A DNA stretch of 38,550 nt from a virus. Under the pieces are notes generated by a model that was not told the DNA's origin, did no database searches, and worked only from the letters and a program-made list of their open reading frames with translations. The stretch is taken from the IMG/VR virus record IMGVR_UViG_3300029612_000021; one strand, written 5' to 3'. Within the stretch, counting starts at the first letter, position 1; each line of letters opens with the position of its first letter. Made by a program: the position numbers and the translations under genes. Below, in pieces: positions 18,562 to 26,011 of this stretch.

Positions 18562-18927
18562 ATGATCTACTTCAAAGCGAATAACACCGAATATCCGGCG
18601 TCGATCGCCGGGAAAGTCACCGACCGGGACTGGGGCGGGCGCGAGAGCAAGGCCGTCACGCTGACCATGACCCACGCTGCCGCCGTGCAGCTGTTTGTGG
18701 ACGGCCTTGGCTGGTCCATCGTCCAGCGCGATACTGTCCCCGTCTACGACACCGACGGCAACCCCACCGGCGCGACCGAGGAGCAGGTGCAGGAATGGGA
18801 CAACGCCGACTACTGCGTCGCCGGTCCCATCACCGACAACCGAGACGGCACCATCACGGCGAAGATGGGCAAAAAAACGGCCAGAGACCTGCTGGCGGAA
18901 CTGGAGGCGGCATATGACAGAGGCTAA
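18562..18927 (+). CDS. hypothetical protein
   Basis: 121 aa with an AGGAGG SD. Confidence 0.5.
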   Translation: MIYFKANNTEYPASIAGKVTDRDWGGRESKAVTLTMTHAAAVQLFVDGLGWSIVQRDTVPVYDTDGNPTGATEEQVQEWDNADYCVAGPITDNRDGTITAKMGKKTARDLLAELEAAYDRG

Positions 18928-19240
18928 ACTGGCACAGGTAAAGAAAGCAATTACGGACGGCAAGCTCGTGCAGGCCGCAGGCGGTATCACGGAGGACGTG
19001 ACGCAATCGGACAAGCTGGGCTATGACTGGCGGAACATCTACGTCAACAAGATCTTGGTGCGGCAGGTGTACGTCGAGCAGGAAGTCAAAGCCGGCACGG
19101 CAGACAACCCAATCGTGTGGGCCTCCGGCATGGCCCTCATCCAGAACGCCTATTACACCAACAACGGCGAGACCAAGGTCTGGATGGGCGCGGCCGGGAA
19201 AAAGGCCGACTGGACAGACGCGGCCTTCGTGCCGATCTGA
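18914..19240 (+). CDS. hypothetical protein
   Basis: 108 aa from the ATG at 18914, which follows GGAGG. It overlaps the upstream gene by 14 nt. Confidence 0.45.
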   Translation: MTEAKLAQVKKAITDGKLVQAAGGITEDVTQSDKLGYDWRNIYVNKILVRQVYVEQEVKAGTADNPIVWASGMALIQNAYYTNNGETKVWMGAAGKKADWTDAAFVPI

Positions 19241-19266
19241 TAAACGCAGGCAGAAGGGAGAACACC

Positions 19267-19608
19267 ATGGACACCAAGACCATCATCGTTACGCTCGTCT
19301 GTGCCGTGCTCGGCTCGTCCGCGCTGACGGCGGTCGTCAACGCCGTCGTCAGCGCGATACAGAAAAAGCGCGGCAAGGCCACAACGCAGGAGGCGCATCT
19401 CGCCGAGATCGACAAAAAGCTCGGGAAAATGCAGGAGCATCAGGATGAGCAATACCTGTCTATCCTGCGCCTGACGATCATGTCAGAGGAAATGCCAATG
19501 TCGGAGCGCCTGATCGCCGGGCAGAAATACGTCAAGCTGGGCGGCAACGGCGATGTAAAAAAGTTTTTGCACCAGCTCGAGAAGCAGTGTGAGCACAATG
19601 GAGTTTAG
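19267..19608 (+). CDS. membrane-anchored protein (N-terminal TM), lysis-cassette neighbour
   Basis: 113 aa. TM segment IIVTLVCAVLGSSALTAVVNAVV. GAAGGGAG SD. Confidence 0.5.
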   Translation: MDTKTIIVTLVCAVLGSSALTAVVNAVVSAIQKKRGKATTQEAHLAEIDKKLGKMQEHQDEQYLSILRLTIMSEEMPMSERLIAGQKYVKLGGNGDVKKFLHQLEKQCEHNGV

Positions 19609-19855
19609 CAAGAAGTGGCTGATTTGCAGCGCGCTCGTCAGCCTCGCGCTCATTATCGCCTGCGCGGCAGGCGCAGACCTGACGGAGATCACGCTTGCGG
19701 TGCTGGCTGAAACAACGGCCTCCAGCGGATTCTATCTCTGGAAGGCAAAAAACGAGAACCGCGCGAAGTACGCGCAGAAGTACATGGATAAATGGGCTGA
19801 AAAATACGGCCCGGAAGCGGCAGCACGCATCGCGGAGATCGTGCTGAAAGATTGA
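19598..19855 (+). CDS. small membrane protein
   Basis: 85 aa from the ATG at 19598 (alternative GTG at 19589). TM segment WLICSALVSLALIIACAA. Confidence 0.4.
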   Translation: MEFSKKWLICSALVSLALIIACAAGADLTEITLAVLAETTASSGFYLWKAKNENRAKYAQKYMDKWAEKYGPEAAARIAEIVLKD

Positions 19856-19868
19856 AAGGAGCATACAT

Positions 19869-20177
19869 ATGGACTACACGCAAATCATCTCGGCAGTGAT
19901 CGCGCTCATCAGCGCGCTCGTCTCGGCATTTCTGATCCCGTGGATCAAGACGAAGATCGACGCGGATAAGCTGCAAACGCTCCGCACTTACGTTGAGATC
20001 GGCGTAAAGGCGGCGGAGCAGCTGTACACCGCGACGGACGGCGCGGCGAAAAAGGAGTATGTTGTGAACTTCCTCGCCGAGAAGGGCATTAAATTTGATG
20101 TGGAAACAATCGATAAGCTGATCGAGGCCGCCGTGCTGCAGCTGCACCACGAGTTGTACGGGAGTGAGCGGGCATGA
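19869..20177 (+). CDS. holin, LL-H-like
   Basis: 102 aa with an N-terminal TM, then ...VKAAEQL...IDKLIEAAVLQL as in LL-H-type holins (from memory). It lies directly upstream of the endolysin with ATGA coupling. Confidence 0.8.
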   Translation: MDYTQIISAVIALISALVSAFLIPWIKTKIDADKLQTLRTYVEIGVKAAEQLYTATDGAAKKEYVVNFLAEKGIKFDVETIDKLIEAAVLQLHHELYGSERA

Positions 20178-20884
20178 GCATCAAAATTGGGCAGGCCAGC
20201 CTCGGCGAAACCGGAGGACGCAACCAGCAGCCCGGCAACCAGACCGGGCGGGAGCTGAATATATCCAACTGGTACAATGGCCGCTGGCTCGGCGTCCTGC
20301 GCTACAAGAGCCGCAAAAAGGCCGAGCGGGCCGCGCAGACGTGCGAGGCAGCGATTAAAAACCGGAATATCGGTTACGACATGAGCGACCGGAACACGGC
20401 GTATGAGGCCGCCAGAGCCGTCGGATGGGACGTGAGCAAGATCACAAAGCCCGTGGAGACGGACTGCTCCGGCCTCATGACGCTCTGCGCCGTGGCCGCA
20501 GGCTGCGAGGCCGTCGCCGCGCTCTACAAAAAGCAGGGGAATTCCTGCACCACCTACTGTATGCTGGACGATTGGCCCGCAACGGGCGATTTTAAATTGT
20601 TGATTGGTAGCAAATATCTGAAGACGGACGAAAATCTCCTGCGCGGGGACGTGCTGGTAAGCGAGGGCCATACCGTGATGGCCCTCGAAGATGGAAAAAA
20701 TGCAGAGGAGGAGACTGAGATGGTAGAAAAGAGCAAGATCATCGTGGACGGTAAGGAAGTCGCCGTTGAACGCATCCTGAAGAACGGCACGAACTACGTC
20801 AAAGTGCGAGATATCGCCGCTGCGCTGGATCTCGAAGTGAGCAACAAGGGAAATATCGCTGTGCTGAAGCACAAGGAAAAGTAA
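20174..20884 (+). CDS. endolysin: Cys/His peptidoglycan hydrolase (Amidase_5 / NlpC-P60-like) with C-terminal wall-binding-type domain
   Basis: GYDMSDR...ETDCSGL...GDVLVSEGHTVM is a catalytic-type pattern. The C-terminal VDGKEVAVERILKNGTNYVKVRDIAAAL resembles copper-amine-oxidase-N-like repeats. Confidence 0.8.
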   Translation: MSIKIGQASLGETGGRNQQPGNQTGRELNISNWYNGRWLGVLRYKSRKKAERAAQTCEAAIKNRNIGYDMSDRNTAYEAARAVGWDVSKITKPVETDCSGLMTLCAVAAGCEAVAALYKKQGNSCTTYCMLDDWPATGDFKLLIGSKYLKTDENLLRGDVLVSEGHTVMALEDGKNAEEETEMVEKSKIIVDGKEVAVERILKNGTNYVKVRDIAAALDLEVSNKGNIAVLKHKEK

Positions 20885-21003
20885 GCCCTGCCCGGCGGCG
20901 GGCCGAAGGGAGTGACGAAAGCATAACTGCGCGGCTGGCTCTGCCGAAGGAGCTGGAACACCTCACGCGCAGCGACTGGGAGCGCGTCACAGACGAGGGA
21001 CTT

Positions 21004-21177
21004 TTGGACGTGATCGATCAGCAGATCGTGAAGCTTTATATTGTGCGCAGGCTCCCGCAGATGGACGCAGCCGGTGAAATCGGTATCGACCGCAAGACCA
21101 TCTCCCGCCGCCTGCCGCACATCTACAATATCGCCCGCCGTCTGGTAGGGAAAACGGACAAAGAGAAAGCGCCATGA
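21004..21177 (+). CDS. possible small HTH (sigma-70 region-4-like) protein
   Basis: 57 aa from the TTG at 21004, which follows GAGGG. Sequence LDVIDQQIVKLYIVRRLPQMDAAGEIGIDRKTISRRL.... The frame is open further upstream but has no canonical start there. Confidence 0.35.
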   Translation: MDVIDQQIVKLYIVRRLPQMDAAGEIGIDRKTISRRLPHIYNIARRLVGKTDKEKAP

Positions 21178-21197
21178 GCAACGGCTCATGGCGCTTT
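21166..21197. terminator. bidirectional rho-independent terminator between convergent genes
   Basis: Perfect 14-bp stem AAAGCGCCATGAGC / GCTCATGGCGCTTT with a 4-nt loop and T-rich flanks. Confidence 0.75.
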
Positions 21198-21199
21198 TT

Positions 21200-21709
21200 C
21201 TATGTTCCGGGATTGGCTTTCGGACGATAGTTCGGGTTATACGATCTGCATGCGCGCTCCAGCGCGCGGAAGTCGCAGGAGATCTTACAGATGAAGCTGC
21301 TCTTTCCATTGACGACATCGTAGTATGTACGATTGGCATGATCCAGAATGGCAAGCTTCTGACGGTTGCAATGCTCGATCTGGTTCAGGAGCAGGTTGCG
21401 ATACTTCACATCCGGCTCTGCGGAAATGTCGTATTCAAGGATCGCAGAATCAGGGACAGGGACCATGTTGTTGAAGCCGAGAAGACCGAGGCGGCCACCG
21501 TCAAGCTTCAGAATGTGCTTGCCGGGCTTTAGATTGGCATGGTTTGGCTTCGGGGATTCCATGGGGACGAAGTAACGGAAGCTCCCGACAGTGAGAACAA
21601 CGCCGACATAGGGGCGACGCTGGCCCTTGTTGAACGGGACACGGAAGTCACGGGAATGGAGGAAGGAAATATAGCGCTCACTGATGTGGCAGATAAAAAG
21701 ATTCTCCAA
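21200..21709 (-). CDS. type III toxin-antitoxin toxin, ToxN/AbiQ-family endoribonuclease
   Basis: 169 aa with TTG start after AAAGG. It aligns along its length with remembered ToxN/AbiQ (YISFL..D.RVP, VGVVL...YFVPMESPK, LGLLGFNNMVPV, YRNLL, CDFRALE). A tandem RNA-type repeat array lies upstream. Confidence 0.85.
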   Translation of the reverse strand: MENLFICHISERYISFLHSRDFRVPFNKGQRRPYVGVVLTVGSFRYFVPMESPKPNHANLKPGKHILKLDGGRLGLLGFNNMVPVPDSAILEYDISAEPDVKYRNLLLNQIEHCNRQKLAILDHANRTYYDVVNGKSSFICKISCDFRALERACRSYNPNYRPKANPGT

Positions 21710-21726
21710 GATTCGACCTTTCCGGG

Positions 21727-21760
21727 AAAGAAAAAGCGAGACTGCAGAAGTCTCGCTTTT
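21727..21760 (-). terminator. intrinsic terminator between repeat array and toxin gene
   Basis: In minus sense: AAAAGCGAGAC-TTCTGCA-GTCTCGCTTTTTCTTT. Confidence 0.7.
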
Positions 21761-21782
21761 AGTTGCCCATGATTTTTTAAGC

Positions 21783-21893
21783 CCCTACTTAACGGCAAGG
21801 GATTTCCGCTTTTTTGGCTCCCTACTTGACGGCAAGGGATTTCCGCTTTTTTAGCTCCCTATTTAACGGCAAGGGATCTCCGCTTTCATGGGC
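21783..21893 (-). ncRNA. ToxI/antiQ-like antitoxin RNA repeat array (3 x 37 nt plus a partial unit toward the toxin)
   Basis: Units are 21783-21819, 21820-21856 and 21857-21893. The first two are 35/37 identical. RNA-sense unit: AGCYAAAAAAGCGGAAATCCCTTGCCGTYAAGTAGGG. Confidence 0.75.
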
Positions 21894-22000
21894 AGATGAT
21901 GAACGGCGACGTTCAATCTCTGTAGATTCCTGAAATGGTTGTGCCGCGGATCGTGCGGTGCCAGATTTCAGGATTCTTTCGCGGATCTCTCCGCACCCCT

Positions 22001-22030
22001 AGTATAAACTCAAAAATGTGTAGAAGTCAA
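22001..22030 (-). promoter_or_regulatory. sigma-70-type promoter for the repeat array / toxin operon
   Basis: Minus strand reads TTGACT, 18 nt, TATACT, about 100 nt upstream of the first repeat. Confidence 0.45.
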
Positions 22031-22063
22031 GAGGAGTACTGGGAAAATTTTTAAGAGGAAAGC

Positions 22064-22103
22064 ATGTCCCACAAATGGTACACAGATGTCCCGGAAATGT
22101 CCC
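22064..22103 (+). promoter_or_regulatory. three direct ATGTCCC repeats (possible regulator-binding iterons)
   Basis: Copies lie at 22064-22070, 22086-22092 and 22097-22103. Spacings are 22 and 11 nt. They are upstream of the 22177 gene. Confidence 0.35.
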
Positions 22104-22176
22104 CCATAAAAACCGGAGAAGCGGCAGAATGAGAGTAGGAGCTGGCCAGCTTACTACTTTTACCGGAGGATTTTTT

Positions 22177-22812
22177 ATGGAATACGCAAGCAAGGGACTC
22201 GCGGGGACTGCGCTGGGCTTCGGCATCGGCGGCGCCGCGCTGGGTCTGGCAAACGGCGGCCTTGGCAATCTGCTGGGAGGCCTCAACCAGAACAAGAGAT
22301 CGGAAGCCGCTGATGTTGCTGCGGCAGTCACACCTGCCATGACGGTCGCCGCCATGCTCGCAGCGCGGCAGCAGGAGCCGACGTGCAGCGAAAACATGCC
22401 CGTCTCGCGCTACGAGCTGGAGCGTGAGCAGAAGCTGGCCGCGAAGGACAGCGAGATCGCGCTGCTCAAGGCCAACACGTACAACGATGGCAAGATGCTG
22501 GAGGTGTACGGTTATATCGACGGGCAGCTCAAGGACATCCGTGAGGCGCTGTGCAAGCAGGCCGTCCACAACCAGCGCACCGAGGACAGCTTCACGCTGG
22601 TCAAGCAGGACGTCGAGTCTGTCCGCAAGGAAGCCCTTGGCGCGGTCAAGATGGAGGCCGAGCGCCGCTGCTGCGGTGATAACGCCCTGAAGACCTATGT
22701 CAACGCAACCTTTTATCCCAAGCAGGTCGCAGATGTCACCACCGGCACCGCGACCACGGCGCAGACGCTCTACGATCCGCTCCCGAAGTGCTGCGGCTGC
22801 TGCAACAACTAA
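22177..22812 (+). CDS. hypothetical protein: Gly-zipper N-terminus, coiled coil, Cys-cluster C-terminus
   Basis: 211 aa from the ATG at 22177, which follows GGAGGA. Sequence GLAGTALGFGIGGAALGLANGGLGNLLGGL ... RRCCG ... PKCCGCCNN. Confidence 0.55.
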   Translation: MEYASKGLAGTALGFGIGGAALGLANGGLGNLLGGLNQNKRSEAADVAAAVTPAMTVAAMLAARQQEPTCSENMPVSRYELEREQKLAAKDSEIALLKANTYNDGKMLEVYGYIDGQLKDIREALCKQAVHNQRTEDSFTLVKQDVESVRKEALGAVKMEAERRCCGDNALKTYVNATFYPKQVADVTTGTATTAQTLYDPLPKCCGCCNN

Positions 22813-22862
22813 GCCAAAGGGGCGGCGATAGCCGCCCCCATCCTTAAAGGAGGGAACCTGCG

Positions 22863-23201
22863 ATGACAGTGACGATCGATCAGGCCATGCGCGGCGCAAT
22901 GCGCTACGCTGATAACGAGGTCATACCGCACCTGCCGGGCGGCAAGGGCATCGCCGCTGGGATCATGCTGGCGCTCATCATGGAGGGCAGCCGCGAAAAG
23001 ATCCTTGCGCTGCGTGAGAATCCCGCGGTCAAGATGATGCAGATCTTTGACGACGCCGGAAACATCGACCTCGACAAGCTCTACAACGCGGCCCGGCCGC
23101 GCTTTGAAAACAAGCTGACCATATCCGTCCCGCTGCTGGGCGATATGCGTTTTGACCAGAACGACGTCGATAAACTCTACCGGTATATCCAGGAGGCATG
23201 A
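22863..23201 (+). CDS. hypothetical protein
   Basis: 112 aa with an AAAGGAGGGAA SD. Confidence 0.5.
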   Translation: MTVTIDQAMRGAMRYADNEVIPHLPGGKGIAAGIMLALIMEGSREKILALRENPAVKMMQIFDDAGNIDLDKLYNAARPRFENKLTISVPLLGDMRFDQNDVDKLYRYIQEA

Positions 23202-23205
23202 CGAG

Positions 23206-23673
23206 ATGAAAGAATATATCGAAAAGCTTTACACAAAGCTGCACGAGGCTATGGAGAAACCCGTGACGCTGGGCAGCGCAGAGGAAGTCGGACTGTACGC
23301 AAAGACGATCTGCAGGCTCGAAAAGCTGCACGGGCACCACGACGAGCCGGAGGCGGCCACATTTGATCGCGAAACGGCGATGCAGTGGGCAGCAAACATG
23401 CAAAACGCCGACGGCACAACAGGCCCGCATTGGACGATGGAACAGACGACGGCCGTGGCCGAGAGCATGGGCATTCAGGCACCAGTGGTCCCGCGCTGGG
23501 CGTGGGGCGTAACCATGAACATGATGTACTCGGACTACTACCCCGTCGCCGTAGAGTTCGGCCTCAACCGCCCGGAATTCTACGCCGCGCTGGCAAAGGC
23601 GTTCCTGCTCGATAAAGACGGCCCGGGGCCGGAACAGAAGCTCATGGCGTATTATGAGCATATCGCAAAATAA
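23206..23673 (+). CDS. hypothetical protein
   Basis: 155 aa from the ATG at 23206, which follows AGGAGG. The longer ORF-track start at 23152 overlaps the upstream gene. Confidence 0.5.
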   Translation: MKEYIEKLYTKLHEAMEKPVTLGSAEEVGLYAKTICRLEKLHGHHDEPEAATFDRETAMQWAANMQNADGTTGPHWTMEQTTAVAESMGIQAPVVPRWAWGVTMNMMYSDYYPVAVEFGLNRPEFYAALAKAFLLDKDGPGPEQKLMAYYEHIAK

Positions 23674-23675
23674 AG

Positions 23676-23703
23676 AAATCCCTCCTGTCACCAGGAGGGA
23701 TTT
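23676..23703. terminator. hairpin terminator between convergent cassette and integrase
   Basis: 12-bp stem AAATCCCTCCTG / CAGGAGGGATTT with a 4-nt loop. T-rich on the minus-strand side. Confidence 0.65.
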
Positions 23704-23768
23704 CCGCTTGCTATAGAATCTATATTTAGATGGGATTCATTCATGCGTACCGAATAAATGTATAACCA

Positions 23769-25358
23769 TCAATCAGCGAGGGGATAGAGGGTGACGTGCA
23801 TGTCGCTGCCGGATTTGGTGTAGGATTTGGTCTGTTTATGGTAGAGGACCTTCTGCAGGACAGTTTTCAGGAGGGCGTTTTTCTCCTGCGGGGATGCGGC
23901 GAGCGGGTAGGTCTCGAGGACGCGGCGGACAGCGGGGGCCAGACGGGCGCGGGCCTGTCTGGCACGGGCCAGCTCATGGATCGTGGTCTGGCTAGCCTCG
24001 ATGCGGTCGACGATGACCTGCTTGTCAGCGGCGAGCGCCTGCGAGCGCTGCAGGAAGATCTCCGGCGTATAGACACCGGTCTCGACCAGCTCATACGCGC
24101 GGGCCTCCTGCGCCTCCAGCTTGGCAAGCTGCTTGCGGTCGGCGGCGATCGAGGACTCGAGCGCGGCATGCATGGGAGCGTCATCTGGTGCAGCGGCCTC
24201 ACCGAGCTCCAGCTCGCGCAGCCAGCCACGCAGAGCATCCAGCACGGCGTCCGCCACATCATCATACCACGCGCTGACGGTCGTGCAGCCGTAGGAGGGA
24301 CAAAGAAGCGTATCGCGGCGGTTGCCGGACGACGGACGGCGAACCATCACGCGGCCGCACTGGTCGCAGCGGACGAGCCCGGCGAGGCTCGTCACGGTCC
24401 CCCATGCGCCCTTGCCGCGCGGGCTGGCGCTGGAATAGCTCAGAGCGACGGCTTTGTCGTACTGCTCCTGCGAGATCAGGCCGTCGTGCAGCCCTTTATA
24501 AAGCTTCAGATCCTCCTGGCGGGTGCGCGGGCGGCTGACGACGACAGCGCCGTCGACAATGCGCTTCGTCTCTGGCCGCCCGCCGGACTTGATCCAACCA
24601 GCATTTGCCGGATTGCGCAGGATATCCAGCACAGAGTCCGCGCGCCAAAGGCTGCCGGAGTTGGTCAGGACGCCGAGGCTGTTCAGCCGCGTGGAGATCG
24701 CCTTTGCGCCGATGCGCGCGCAGCCCTCGCCGGTGTACCAGTTGTAGATCTGCCGCAGGACGGGGGCCTGCTCCGGATGCGGGACGAGCTTGTAGCCCTT
24801 GTCGTTCGGCAGCTTCTCACGCGACCAGCCGAAGGGCGTCTTGCCGGAGATCCATTTGCCCTCGCGCAAGGACGCCTCCTTGCCGCGGGACAGGCGGCGC
24901 TTGATGGTGTTGTACTCGCGCCGGGACATAAAGAGGCCGAACTCAAAGTATTCCTCGTCCATCTCGTTGTTCGGGTCGTAGGTCTTGTTCGGCGTGATGA
25001 TCTTCGTGTTGGAATACTTGAAGGTCTGGGCAATAATGCCCTGGTCGATGGTGTCACCGCGCGCCAGACGCTCGACCTCCATGACGATGACGCCCGCATA
25101 GTTCCCGGTCTCGACGAGCTGCAGGACCTTCTGCACCTCCGGCCGGACGGCGATGGAGTCGCCGGTCACGACCTCCTCGAAGATCTCCACGACGTTCAGC
25201 CCGCGGCTTTCGGACAGCGACAAAAGAGCGGCCCGGTGCCGTTTGAGCGTGTCGGTCTGGCCGAGAGCTTCGGCCTCCATGTCCTTCCGGGACTTGCGCA
25301 GGTAAATGATGTACTGCGCGAGCGGGTCGGCGATTCTCCAGGTAGATGTAAATTTCAT
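23769..25358 (-). CDS. int: large serine recombinase (integrase)
   Basis: 529 aa from the ATG at 25358. N-terminal resolvase-type IIYLRKSRKD...VERLARGD, a recombinase and zinc-ribbon middle (CDQCG...CPSYGC) and a coiled-coil C-terminus. Confidence 0.9.
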   Translation of the reverse strand: MKFTSTWRIADPLAQYIIYLRKSRKDMEAEALGQTDTLKRHRAALLSLSESRGLNVVEIFEEVVTGDSIAVRPEVQKVLQLVETGNYAGVIVMEVERLARGDTIDQGIIAQTFKYSNTKIITPNKTYDPNNEMDEEYFEFGLFMSRREYNTIKRRLSRGKEASLREGKWISGKTPFGWSREKLPNDKGYKLVPHPEQAPVLRQIYNWYTGEGCARIGAKAISTRLNSLGVLTNSGSLWRADSVLDILRNPANAGWIKSGGRPETKRIVDGAVVVSRPRTRQEDLKLYKGLHDGLISQEQYDKAVALSYSSASPRGKGAWGTVTSLAGLVRCDQCGRVMVRRPSSGNRRDTLLCPSYGCTTVSAWYDDVADAVLDALRGWLRELELGEAAAPDDAPMHAALESSIAADRKQLAKLEAQEARAYELVETGVYTPEIFLQRSQALAADKQVIVDRIEASQTTIHELARARQARARLAPAVRRVLETYPLAASPQEKNALLKTVLQKVLYHKQTKSYTKSGSDMHVTLYPLAD

Positions 25359-25429
25359 AAGCAGATTCTCACCACAAGGGCAAAAGGTTATACGGATACC
25401 GCTCCGGCGCTGGGCCGGGGCGGTTTTAT

Positions 25430-25840
25430 TTATGCGCGGATCCAGCCGATCGATGGGCTGAGCACGTCGGCCAAAAGCGCAAGGACACACAGCAAAAGAA
25501 TACCCAAGAGGATGAGCGTCACAAGCCGGTGCATGCGCAGGGATTTCTGCTGCTGGGCAAGCTGCGCGCGAAGGGCCGCGTTCTCGGCGCGGAGTTTTTC
25601 GGCATCGGAAGACTCGGCAGGCTCATCATGCGGAATGCCGAAATACTCATCCATAGAAACGCCCATCTCCCGGCAGATCGGGCCGACCGTGTAAACGGAC
25701 GGATTTTTGATGTCGCCGCGAAAGAACTGGGAGACGGTGCCGACGGAAAGGTCGGTGTTTTCGGCAACGTCCTGATTTGTTTTGTGCGGAGTGACCGTCT
25801 GCTTCTGCTCACGGCACAAATCAGATAATTTTTCCTTCAA
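25430..25840 (-). CDS. membrane-anchored XRE-family HTH protein
   Basis: 136 aa with TTG start. HTH NQDVAENTDLSVGTVSQFFRG, a coiled coil, and a C-terminal TM LVTLILLGILLLCVLALLA. Confidence 0.6.
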   Translation of the reverse strand: MKEKLSDLCREQKQTVTPHKTNQDVAENTDLSVGTVSQFFRGDIKNPSVYTVGPICREMGVSMDEYFGIPHDEPAESSDAEKLRAENAALRAQLAQQQKSLRMHRLVTLILLGILLLCVLALLADVLSPSIGWIRA

Positions 25841-25969
25841 AACATGTCATTCCCCCCAAAAAAGCAAGACGTCTGACTGCAAAAAGCAACTGTCATATCT
25901 TTACAAGTCTACCGTGGACAGGCTACCATAAAGCTACAGACGGCTCCCGGTCGTTTGCGCGAAACCAAA

Positions 25970-26001
25970 GCCCGCGCCGTTGTTCGGCCAGCGGCGCGGG
26001 C
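25970..26001 (-). terminator. terminator downstream of the 26012-27283 gene
   Basis: Perfect 10-bp GC stem GCCCGCGCCG / CGGCGCGGGC, followed by TTTGGTTT on the minus strand. Confidence 0.6.
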
Positions 26002-26011
26002 GAACCTCAGA

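Noticed and set aside
21783-21893. The 37-nt repeats as a possible CRISPR array
   Set aside because: The units abut directly with no spacers. There are only three, no cas genes are present, and a ToxN/AbiQ-like gene follows behind a terminator. This fits a type III antitoxin array instead.
23796-25694. 632-aa plus-strand ORF opposite the integrase
   Set aside because: It is an antisense shadow. The integrase frame carries clear serine-recombinase motifs.
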